DNA of 64,000 nucleotides from an uncultured Ruminococcus sp. (GTDB lineage Bacteria; Bacillota; Clostridia; Lachnospirales; Lachnospiraceae), in assembly GCA_964621905.1 (NCBI GenBank), contig CAZUNG010000003.1, positions 216,366-280,365 of the forward strand, written 5' to 3'. Below, piece after piece: positions 39,080-47,649 of the stretch. The number at the start of each line of letters is the position of its first letter. Position 1 is the first letter of the stretch. Below the pieces are notes generated by a model. That model saw only the letters and a program-made list of their open reading frames with translations. It had not been told where the DNA came from and searched no databases. The position numbers were made by a program, and so were the translations under genes.

Positions 39080-39826
39080 ATGGCTGATAAAAAAATTAAA
39101 ATTCAGGTAGATCATCTGACGAAAAAATTTGGAGATCTTACGGTTTTGGATGACATTTCATTCAATGTAGAAGAAGGAGAATTCCTTTGTATCGTTGGGC
39201 CTACCGGGTGTGGAAAAACAACATTCCTCAACAGTGTGACCAAGTTGTATGATATCACGGCAGGACAGATCCTTGTGAACGGCGAGGAGGTCGATCTGAA
39301 AAAACATAATATTTCCTATATTTTTCAGGAATTCTCAGCAATGCCATGGCTTACAATCGAACAGAATGTAGGGTTCGGACTGGATATCAAGAAAGTTCCA
39401 AAGGCGGAAAAAAAGGAACTGGTGGAAGAAATGCTGGAAATTGTAGGTCTGTCCGATTTCAGAAATTTCTATCCGCAGCAGGTATCCACGAGTATGAATC
39501 AGAGGATTGGGATTGCCCGTGCGTTTGCTACAAAGCCGGAGATCCTGCTGATGGATGAACCGTACGGACAGCTGGATATTGACCTGCGTTTTAAGCTGGA
39601 AGACGAACTGGTAAAGCTGTGGAAGAAAACCGGGACAACGGTATTATTTATCACACATAACGTGGAAGAGGCAGTTTACCTGAGTGAACATATCATGGTT
39701 CTGACAAATAAACCGTGTCATGTGAAAACTGTAATAGAAAATACACTGCCGCGTCCGCGGGATGTCATGTCCCTGGAATTTGTCAAACTGAGAGATCACG
39801 TGACAGAAATGATTAAATGGTGGTGA
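39080..39826 (+). CDS. ABC ATPase 2 (TauB/SsuB type), degenerate signature
   Basis: GPTGCGKT, VSTSM in place of LSGGM, LMDEPY, ITHN. Confidence 0.9.
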   Translation: MADKKIKIQVDHLTKKFGDLTVLDDISFNVEEGEFLCIVGPTGCGKTTFLNSVTKLYDITAGQILVNGEEVDLKKHNISYIFQEFSAMPWLTIEQNVGFGLDIKKVPKAEKKELVEEMLEIVGLSDFRNFYPQQVSTSMNQRIGIARAFATKPEILLMDEPYGQLDIDLRFKLEDELVKLWKKTGTTVLFITHNVEEAVYLSEHIMVLTNKPCHVKTVIENTLPRPRDVMSLEFVKLRDHVTEMIKWW

Positions 39827-39833
39827 GCGTGCA

Positions 39834-40628
39834 ATGGCGTTAGTTTTGTTTGCCGTATGTCTGTTTGCATCGACAGCCGGTGCAGTGGCCGGATTTGGCG
39901 GAGGAGTCATCATTAAACCGGTACTGGATGCATTTGGGATTCTGCCGGTGAGCACTGTCAGCTTTCTGTCGGGCTGTACGGTGCTCGGCATGTCAGCTGC
40001 CTCTCTGATCCGGGGCAGAAATGACGGTGTGAAACTCATGGTGAAGACCAGCACACCGCTTGCGGTTGGGGCAGCGGCAGGGGGGCTGTTGGGAAAAACA
40101 TTGTTTGACCTGGTGCGGGCACGTTTTGCTGATGAAAATATGCTGGGATTGATCCAGACGGCGCTGCTGCTGCTCACGACGGTCGTGGTACTGATCTATG
40201 TCATCAAAAAGGACCGGATGAGCGCCATGCAGGTGGAACATATGGCGGTCTGTCTGCTGATCGGTGTCTTTCTGGGAGGAATCTCATCTTTTCTGGGAAT
40301 TGGCGGAGGACCGATTAACGTTGCCGTGCTGTTTTTTTTCTTTTCTATGGACGCGAAGACAGCCGCCAAAAACTCTATTTATATCATTCTGTTCTCGCAG
40401 GTCTTTAACCTGGCAGCGGCACTGGTAAAAGGCAATGTTCCTGCATTTTCTGTCAGCAGTCTGGTACTGATGACGGCAGGCGGAATTGCCGGTGCCATTC
40501 TGGGTGCCGGGATATCCGGGCGGCTGGATTCGAAAAAAGTGGAAAAACTTTTGTATGCATTGATGATATTGATTATCGGGATCAATTGTTATAATCTGGT
40601 ATCCTTTGCCCTGGTGCTGCGTTTCTGA
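39834..40628 (+). CDS. TauE/SafE-family (sulfite exporter-like) membrane protein
   Basis: Duplicated GFGGGVIIKP / GIGGGPINVA motifs, multiple TM helices. Confidence 0.88.
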   Translation: MALVLFAVCLFASTAGAVAGFGGGVIIKPVLDAFGILPVSTVSFLSGCTVLGMSAASLIRGRNDGVKLMVKTSTPLAVGAAAGGLLGKTLFDLVRARFADENMLGLIQTALLLLTTVVVLIYVIKKDRMSAMQVEHMAVCLLIGVFLGGISSFLGIGGGPINVAVLFFFFSMDAKTAAKNSIYIILFSQVFNLAAALVKGNVPAFSVSSLVLMTAGGIAGAILGAGISGRLDSKKVEKLLYALMILIIGINCYNLVSFALVLRF

Positions 40629-40629
40629 A

Positions 40630-40898
40630 ATATTAAAAAATATGATAGAAGATATGGAGGGGCCAGGCTTACGGACAGTCTTTGACATACCTTTATCGTA
40701 CCGATGGTCCCTCACCACAGAACCGCTATTGAAATGTCCCATAATATTCTGCAGTATACAACCTGTATTCCCTTACAGGATATTGCCTCTGGCATTATTG
40801 AAGAACAGACCAGAGGCATACAGAACATGCAGTGTATACTGGACCGATACCGTCAGCTGAGAAATTCACAGCAGGTTAGAGAAGCGCAGATCCGATGA
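40630..40898 (+). pseudogene. DUF305 (ferritin-like) pseudogene remnant
   Basis: ARLTDSL*HTFIVPMVPHHRTAIEMSHNILQYT...IIEEQ...M: in-frame TGA, upstream frameshift, no start or RBS. Confidence 0.65.
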
Positions 40899-40924
40899 AA
40901 GTTGGATCTGCGTTTTGTTTATCT

Positions 40925-41782
40925 TTAAATGCCGTGGATCTTCAGATTTCGGTATTCGGTAGGCGTTTTGTGAAACTGGGTGTGAAAATAGTTGGTAAAA
41001 TAAGAATCGCTTTGAAAACCTGTTTTGTCAGCAATTTCCCGTATGCTCCAGTCAGTATCGCGAAGCAGTATCTTGGCGGCATTAAGACGGGTCTGGATCA
41101 GGTATTGTTTCGGCGTGACACCGGTCCTGCTTTTGAATTTTTCGGAAAAGTAACTGGCATTCAGGCAGGCCATACCGGCAAGCTCCTGTACGGTCACAGG
41201 CAGATAATAATTTGCCTCGATATAGTGGATAGACTGATCAATCACAGATTCCCTTCCTGCTTCTGATCCGTGCTGCAGGGTGAGAAGGTCGCTCAGGATA
41301 GTATGGATATGACTGGAGATGACTTCTTCGTAGAGCGGTGTCTGCTGAATGAATCCCTCAGCAATCTCCATCAGAGCACGGTGCGTGCGGTTAATGTTGG
41401 GCGGGGTATACGCATGCCGGTATTCATGGATGCGGGAGACAAGCTCTGGTGCGTGGTTGCCCCGGAAACGTACAAATAACAGCTCTGTGTCCTTGCAGGC
41501 TGCATACAGGTGCGCTTTGGAGGTGTCGATGACTCCGATCTCGTTGTCGTGCAGCAGGTATTCTTTTCCGTCGATGATGATCAGCATCTCGCCGCGTACA
41601 ACATACTGGAAGGAAAAGTACCGAAAGTTTGAGAGCGGACGTGATGTAACGTAATGTCTGTTCAGATGATAATGACCGCCCTGTTCCGTGTAAAAGAGAT
41701 TTTTCTTGGCAAATTCAGAGGGAAAATTAATATAGTATTCAGAATCTTTCAGCATGATTCCGGCTTCTCCAAAAGGTTTCAT
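40925..41782 (-). CDS. AraC-family regulator divergent from UroD-like gene 2
   Basis: AAGGAG RBS before ATG 41782; LNASYFSEKFK.RTG.TP, GFQSDSYFTNYF...TPTEYR. Confidence 0.92.
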   Translation of the reverse strand: MKPFGEAGIMLKDSEYYINFPSEFAKKNLFYTEQGGHYHLNRHYVTSRPLSNFRYFSFQYVVRGEMLIIIDGKEYLLHDNEIGVIDTSKAHLYAACKDTELLFVRFRGNHAPELVSRIHEYRHAYTPPNINRTHRALMEIAEGFIQQTPLYEEVISSHIHTILSDLLTLQHGSEAGRESVIDQSIHYIEANYYLPVTVQELAGMACLNASYFSEKFKSRTGVTPKQYLIQTRLNAAKILLRDTDWSIREIADKTGFQSDSYFTNYFHTQFHKTPTEYRNLKIHGI

Positions 41783-41798
41783 AACAGTACTCCTTAAT

Positions 41799-41862
41799 CT
41801 GTATTTTCTTATGTTATATCTGGAATCTGAATAATGAAATAAAGAAAAATATCGCGTAATAT
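41799..41862 (+). promoter_or_regulatory. 41-bp shared motif copy 3 with promoter (UroD-like 2)
   Basis: CTGTATTTTCTTATGTTATATCTGGAATCTGAATAATGAAA-17-TAATAT. Confidence 0.8.
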
Positions 41863-41936
41863 ATAGATATATTATAACATATGAGTTATATGAAGAGTAG
41901 AAAAAATATGAAAAAAATGAAGTTTGGAGGAAGGAA

Positions 41937-43082
41937 ATGTTATCGAGAAAAAATTTCATTGCAGCGATGCGGGGAGAAAAAACAGACAAGATTCCGCTTT
42001 TGATGCGGGAAGGATTTGAGTACTGGTGGGAGCCTAAAGGAAAAGACAGATTTAAGGCGGGATGGATGAACGATCCGGAATACCGAAGGCTGATCCGGGC
42101 TGTCAAAGAGAGCGATGCCTATATTTTGTGTCAGGATCAGTCCTCTTTGTTTAATCGATTCATGATGTCGAGCACAGACAGGATAAAGACGGTGACGAAA
42201 GATGTGGATGAAAATACGAAGGACGTTTTTGGTGAATTACATACGGGCAAGGGAGTTTTGAAATTTCGTGATTCGATCTTTCGGAATCAGTGTACACAGT
42301 GGATTATGGAGGTGCCGGTAACTGAGGTAGAGCAGATGGAGGAACTTTTAGATACTCCGTTTGAAATTAATGATGAAACTGTTGATAAAGCGGTGCAGGA
42401 GGTACAGGATACGGTTGACCGCCTGGATGAGCGTGTGATCTATCAGTTCTTCGTCCCCTCACCGATTGTGACAATCTCGCGCTGTATGACGTTTGAGATG
42501 TTTTTGGAACTGTCACTGACGGAGCGGGAACTGATGCTGGATGCGCTGGAAGAAATTACGGCAAGACAGATACGGATGGTGGATGCCGTCGCTCCAAGGC
42601 TTCCTGACCAGGTTGTGTTCTGGATGGGAGGATCTGAACAGTGTACGCCGCCGATGATGAATCCGGAAGCTTTTGACTTGTTTGTAGAACCGTACGATTC
42701 CAGAGTCGTGAAAAAAATGAAAGAGTACGGCTATGCAGTAGGCTGCCACTGTCATGGAAAAGTTCGCCACGCTGTCGATGTCATGCGGCGGATCGGGTAC
42801 GATGCGACAGAGCCTGTAGAGCCGGCGCCTCAGGGAAACGTGTCGATGAAAGAAGCATTTGAGATTACAGAAGGCCAGCTGACACTGATTGGAAACCTGG
42901 AGTGGGCAGATCTGGAACTGGCATCGGAAGAAGAAATTCGCCATAAGGTCAGAGCCTTGGAAGAAGTGAAAGGGGAACGGCTGATCGTTGCGTCTTCTGC
43001 AGGTCCGATCACTACAGTAACCGGTAAACTGGTCGATAATCATCTGGTGTGGCTGGATGAGTATCAGAAAGTATTTGGATAA
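41937..43082 (+). CDS. Uroporphyrinogen decarboxylase/MtaA-fold protein 2
   Basis: MLSRKNFIAAMRGEKTDKIP start, GGSEQCTPPMMNP, CHCHGKV, EPVEPAPQGN, LIGNLE. Confidence 0.8.
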   Translation: MLSRKNFIAAMRGEKTDKIPLLMREGFEYWWEPKGKDRFKAGWMNDPEYRRLIRAVKESDAYILCQDQSSLFNRFMMSSTDRIKTVTKDVDENTKDVFGELHTGKGVLKFRDSIFRNQCTQWIMEVPVTEVEQMEELLDTPFEINDETVDKAVQEVQDTVDRLDERVIYQFFVPSPIVTISRCMTFEMFLELSLTERELMLDALEEITARQIRMVDAVAPRLPDQVVFWMGGSEQCTPPMMNPEAFDLFVEPYDSRVVKKMKEYGYAVGCHCHGKVRHAVDVMRRIGYDATEPVEPAPQGNVSMKEAFEITEGQLTLIGNLEWADLELASEEEIRHKVRALEEVKGERLIVASSAGPITTVTGKLVDNHLVWLDEYQKVFG

Positions 43083-43103
43083 TCTAATATGGTAAAGAAA
43101 TAT

Positions 43104-43142
43104 GACCTCCGTATGGCGTGTATGAGACAGCCGGTACGGAGG
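43104..43142 (+). terminator. Hairpin separating UroD-like 2 from the NRPS
   Basis: ACCTCCGTA...TACGGAGGT followed by TGTTCTTTT. Confidence 0.5.
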
Positions 43143-43218
43143 TTGTTCTTTTAGGGCTTTCAAAATCCGCATTTTTTAGTATAATAGAAGGTATGTATGG
43201 AGATATGGAGCATGAGAG

Positions 43219-46200
43219 ATGAGAAGTGTCAGAGATACGTTTATTATCAATCACGATAAAAGTAAGGACAAAACAAATAAAACATTTTCTTTGGTATACG
43301 GAATCAAGCATCATGATACAGAAGAAAACTATCAGACATTTGACGTTGGCCAGTGTGCATTTTATGATACGTATGCCGCATCCGGAATGACAGCGCTAAG
43401 CTGCCTGGTGTTTAAATATACCAACCGGGAACATTTTTTGATTACGTATCGTTTTGAAAAAGAACGAATGATGGATATTCGTTTGAGCAAGGAGTATGCA
43501 CCGGCAGACATTTTTCAGGAAATTTCTGACAGATCAGGGGAGGAACCAGACGCGGCGCTTATTGATGCGGCGGATATCCTGCTGGATTTTTCAGATACCT
43601 CTGAATACCCGAAAGATATGAAACACAATATGATCATAAATGTACAGGCTGACGGCGGAAAGGTCAGCTGTTCGGCGCGATATAAGGCGTCTGTATATCA
43701 GGAGGCGTATGCAAAGCAAATTGCAGGGCACTGGTTTTCAATGTTTCATAATCAGGTGTGCGGAAATACACAAAAGCTCAGTGAGCTGCGGCTGGATACA
43801 AAAGAAGAGATCATACAAAAGTGGAATGGGGTGAAATCTTCAGGCAAAAATTACAACTATGATTTCAGCCATTCGATAATTGAAGAGTTCTATCACGGTT
43901 TTCATGAACACATGAATGATGCGGCACTTTGTGATGAGAAGGGGGAACTGACTTATCAGCAGCTTGATTCCATATCGAATCAGATTGCCAATATGCTGCG
44001 GGTGAATGGTGTCATGAAGGGAGATCACGTCGTTGTGATCGGGGAGAGAAGCCGCTTTATGATTCTCTCCATCTTAGCTATACTGAAACTCGGTGCGGCA
44101 TACGTGCCCATTGATATGGAACTGCCATCTATCAGGATCAGATATATCATGCAGGATGTGAGGGCGAAAAACACGATTCTGCTGAATCGCGTACCCGGAG
44201 ATGAGGATTTTGAGAATGTTCTGACACTCGATAATCTGGAACGGTATTCAAAAGAATTTCAGGGTGAATCTGTGGACGGCGGGGATAATGCCTATATCCT
44301 CTACACGTCCGGTACCACCGGCAAACCGAAAGGAGTTATCGTCAGGCACTCCAGCGTGGTGAATCTCAGCAAGTGGTTTGGCGAAACTTACAATTTAAAA
44401 CAGAACAGGCATGTGCTTCATATGACGAACATGTCGTTCGACGTCTCTGTGGAAGAAACGATAACAACACTTCTGAACTTTGCGGTGATATATCTGATTC
44501 CACAGGATATAAAATTAAACAGGCAGAAGTTTGCCGCTTATATCTCGGATAACGGAATATCGATTGCACAGTTTGTTCCGGTCACATTAAAAGAACTGTT
44601 GGGTGATGAACCGAAAATAGAATGCCTGAATGTTGTCATCTGCGGAGGGGATCGGCTGGACGATGACCTGAAAAATGAAATTCTGGCAAAAGGATACCAT
44701 CTGTTTAACCACTACGGCCCGACGGAATGCACCGTAGATGCCGTTGCGTGCCAGTGTGAACCAGACTCTAATGATCTGGGGCGTCCCATAGCAAACACAG
44801 AAGTTTATATCATTGACGAGGACAAACAACTGCAGACATTTGGTGTGGCGGGAGAGCTCTGCATTGCCGGCGCCGGTATGTCCGGGGGGTATTACCGAAA
44901 AAAAGAGATGACAGAGGAGAAGTTTGTCTGGATTCCCTCTCTGCATAAAAAAGTTTACCGGACCGGTGATCTGGCAATTATGCAGCCGAATGGGAAACTG
45001 ATCTTTATCGGCCGCTCAGACCAACAGGTTAAAATCAACGGTCTGCGAATTGAACTGGAGGAGATTGAATTTTACTTTAAGCAGTACCCTGGGATTTTGG
45101 AGGCAGTGGTTACGGTTATTAATAATAATTATGGGGGCAGGGCATTATGTGTGTATTATAAAAGCAATGCTTCTGTGATCTATAAAAAAGTAAAAAACTT
45201 TTTAAGTAAATATCTGCCCCAGTATATGATTCCGAATCATTATATCAGAATCTCAGAATGGCCGGTTACGGTCAATGGAAAAATAGATCAAGAGATGTTG
45301 AGAAAATGGGAGATCAGCGCCCGGAACACAAAGTATATAGCTCCTGAGAGCAAGACTGAAAAAGCAGTGTCGAATATATGGAGAAGGATTCTCGGGCATG
45401 ACCGGATCAGTGTGGAGGATGAATTTATCAATGTCGGAGGAGATTCTCTGAGAGCAGCGATTTTATCCAACCTTCTGATGGAAACCTTTCATGTACAGAT
45501 TTTACCTAACCGCATCTTAACATATACGATCCGAGATACAGCGAATACTATAGACTCAGGGCTGTTAGGAGAGGAACCGGCGGAGGATGATACTCTGCTC
45601 CTGATGAAAAGTGGAAGTGATCCTGAGAAACATATATTTTTGGTGCACGCTGGGAGCGGTGAGGCGGAAGTGTTTGTTGATCTTTGTGATAATCTGTCGG
45701 GAGACTATCATCTATGGGGGATCCGGGCAGACAGGTTAACCGATGATTCACCGAGGAATATCACGCTGGAAGAGATTGCGGAGACATATGTGAAACGGCT
45801 CGAAGCGATACAGCCAAAAGGGTGCTGCCATCTGATCGGATGGTGCATCGGGGGCAGCATTGCGTTTGAGATGGGACTGCAGCTTGAGAAAAAGGGGAGA
45901 AAACTCGGCTTTTTTGCTATGATCAACAGCTTTGCACCGGACAGGGAATTCTGGGGCGAGGTTCCTGCATTTTCTATCCATACGGAAATTCAAGCGGCCA
46001 AAAGACTTCCGCGATTTGAAGCGTTTAAAGTATTACATGGCAAAATAGAAAGTATTTCGGATCTCTGGTGTTCACTGCTGGATTACTACAGTGACATCGG
46101 GTTATCTGCAGAGGAATTGAAGGAATGCGTCTATGACGATATGGACCGGGCGATTCCGTATTATGATTCAGATAATATCACGGTACGGGATATCATCTAT

Positions 46201-46452
46201 TACATGAATGTTCTGCGGACGTTTGACAACGTCAGAGCGTGTTATGTGCCGGAACGAAAGCTGAACGTGCAGGCGTACTTTTTTGCGGCGGCTGATGAGA
46301 CCGCAGCCAATTTTCCGGTATGGGATCAATATTGTGAAAAGCCGATGAGGGTTTATAAAATGAAAGGCAACAACTTTTCGATCTTGCAGTACCCGGATGT
46401 GCTGGATTTTGCAGAACAGTTAAATACAGTGTTATCATGTGAAGGAGTTTAA
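43219..46452 (+). CDS. Stand-alone single-module NRPS-like protein: truncated C - A - T - atypical TE
   Basis: A1-A10 cores (LTYQQL, YTSGTTGKPKG, FDVS, NHYGPTE, YRTGD, GRSDQQVKING.RIEL, NGKID), carrier GGDSL, TE with GWCIGG. Confidence 0.9.
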   Translation: MRSVRDTFIINHDKSKDKTNKTFSLVYGIKHHDTEENYQTFDVGQCAFYDTYAASGMTALSCLVFKYTNREHFLITYRFEKERMMDIRLSKEYAPADIFQEISDRSGEEPDAALIDAADILLDFSDTSEYPKDMKHNMIINVQADGGKVSCSARYKASVYQEAYAKQIAGHWFSMFHNQVCGNTQKLSELRLDTKEEIIQKWNGVKSSGKNYNYDFSHSIIEEFYHGFHEHMNDAALCDEKGELTYQQLDSISNQIANMLRVNGVMKGDHVVVIGERSRFMILSILAILKLGAAYVPIDMELPSIRIRYIMQDVRAKNTILLNRVPGDEDFENVLTLDNLERYSKEFQGESVDGGDNAYILYTSGTTGKPKGVIVRHSSVVNLSKWFGETYNLKQNRHVLHMTNMSFDVSVEETITTLLNFAVIYLIPQDIKLNRQKFAAYISDNGISIAQFVPVTLKELLGDEPKIECLNVVICGGDRLDDDLKNEILAKGYHLFNHYGPTECTVDAVACQCEPDSNDLGRPIANTEVYIIDEDKQLQTFGVAGELCIAGAGMSGGYYRKKEMTEEKFVWIPSLHKKVYRTGDLAIMQPNGKLIFIGRSDQQVKINGLRIELEEIEFYFKQYPGILEAVVTVINNNYGGRALCVYYKSNASVIYKKVKNFLSKYLPQYMIPNHYIRISEWPVTVNGKIDQEMLRKWEISARNTKYIAPESKTEKAVSNIWRRILGHDRISVEDEFINVGGDSLRAAILSNLLMETFHVQILPNRILTYTIRDTANTIDSGLLGEEPAEDDTLLLMKSGSDPEKHIFLVHAGSGEAEVFVDLCDNLSGDYHLWGIRADRLTDDSPRNITLEEIAETYVKRLEAIQPKGCCHLIGWCIGGSIAFEMGLQLEKKGRKLGFFAMINSFAPDREFWGEVPAFSIHTEIQAAKRLPRFEAFKVLHGKIESISDLWCSLLDYYSDIGLSAEELKECVYDDMDRAIPYYDSDNITVRDIIYYMNVLRTFDNVRACYVPERKLNVQAYFFAAADETAANFPVWDQYCEKPMRVYKMKGNNFSILQYPDVLDFAEQLNTVLSCEGV

Positions 46453-46453
46453 T

Positions 46454-47362
46454 ATGAAAAGAAAATATGCAGACCTTTTATTGATATTTATTACTGCCAT
46501 ATGGGGACTGTCTTTTCCGATCATACGGAATTCTTTAAATTATATACCGGAACTCACCTATTTGTTTTATCGTTTTCTGGCGGCGAGTATCGTACTGGCG
46601 GTGATTTTTCACCGCAAAATCAGAAGCATAACGAGAACGGTATTGTGGAAAGGCGCATTAATGGGTGTCTCCATATCCGGAGCACTCGGGTTTACGGTTA
46701 TTGCACTTCGCTATACCACGGCTGCAAATGTGGCTTTTATCACGGGAATGAATATTGTGATTGTTCCGTTGCTTTCCGGCTTAATGCTAAAGAAAAAAGT
46801 TGACTGGGTCAAAAAGGGAAGTGTTCTCATTGCCATGATTGGGCTTTTTCTGATCTCGGGCGGTGTGGAGCTGAAGTTTAACCGGGGAGATTTTCTGGCC
46901 TTTCTGTGTGCATTATGCATTTCACTTCAAATCATTTTGACAGATCTTTTTGCGGCTGATGAAGATCCTGTGATCCTGGGATGTCTGCAAGTCAATGTGG
47001 CGGCCGTCATTTACTTTTTTTTAAGCCTGATCAGTGGAATCGGGTTTGCCTTTGAAGTGAAAGGCATTGTTGTAACCACGATCCTCGTAACAGGGATTGC
47101 AGGCACGGCATTGGCATTTGTGGGGCAGACTTTTGTTCAAAAGTTCACGACGCCGTCACACGTGGCCATCATTTTTGTTTTAGAGCCTGTCTTTGGAGCA
47201 CTGTTTGCACTGTGGATTCCAAGGCTGGACGGGACAACGGAGACAATTTCTGTTATCAAAGGAGCGGGGTGTGTGCTGTTGGTTATATCCATGCTTTTTA
47301 CCGAGATCTTTGGTGCGAAAGCTGACGCCAGGAGCAAACTGCACGATGAAATTGCAAGTTGA
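46454..47362 (+). CDS. EamA/DMT-family transporter
   Basis: IWGLSF start, duplicated EamA halves, LEPVFGALFA; starts 1 nt after the NRPS stop. Confidence 0.9.
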   Translation: MKRKYADLLLIFITAIWGLSFPIIRNSLNYIPELTYLFYRFLAASIVLAVIFHRKIRSITRTVLWKGALMGVSISGALGFTVIALRYTTAANVAFITGMNIVIVPLLSGLMLKKKVDWVKKGSVLIAMIGLFLISGGVELKFNRGDFLAFLCALCISLQIILTDLFAADEDPVILGCLQVNVAAVIYFFLSLISGIGFAFEVKGIVVTTILVTGIAGTALAFVGQTFVQKFTTPSHVAIIFVLEPVFGALFALWIPRLDGTTETISVIKGAGCVLLVISMLFTEIFGAKADARSKLHDEIAS

Positions 47363-47387
47363 CAAAATGAATCTGCTACTGTATAAT
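47359..47387 (+). promoter_or_regulatory. sigmaA promoter of amt-glnK
   Basis: TTGACA-17-TATAAT. Confidence 0.9.
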
Positions 47388-47427
47388 ACGCCTGAAGACA
47401 AACATAGTACCCCGGAAAGGGGATTAG

Positions 47428-47464
47428 AGGCAATGGTGCCGTAAATGACACCATTGCCTTTTTT
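47428..47464 (+). terminator. Leader terminator (attenuator) upstream of amt with an ANTAR-like sub-hairpin
   Basis: AGGCAATGGTG-CCGTAAATGA-CACCATTGCCT-TTTTT about 35 nt after the promoter; alternative GGC-AATGGT-GCC hairpin. Confidence 0.75.
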
Positions 47465-47649
47465 GTGTAGAAGAGGAGGTAAGATAGGAAAATGAATGAT
47501 ATGATGGCGGCTGCCTATATCAGCTTTGGGCTGCCGGGATGTCAGGGAGTGCGAAGCAGTCCTTCTTGCAAACTCCCGTAAAATGAAGATTTCAATAATA
47601 AACAATGGCGGTGTAACTGACGCTGCCTGGATGAAAAGGAGGTTTTTTT

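Noticed and set aside
31008-41839. 41-bp repeats as a CRISPR array or MITE
   Set aside because: Copies are kilobases apart, not palindromic, have no spacers or target duplications, and sit at a fixed distance from -10 boxes.
41783-42106. N-terminal extension of the 393-aa AraC ORF call
   Set aside because: Runs through the AT-rich promoter and overlaps UroD-like 2; an RBS supports a start at 41782.
43219-46452. NRPS as DltA or a monobactam/beta-lactone synthetase
   Set aside because: No dltBCD, and no sulfotransferase, transaldolase or additional modules; the analogy is limited to the TE cysteine.
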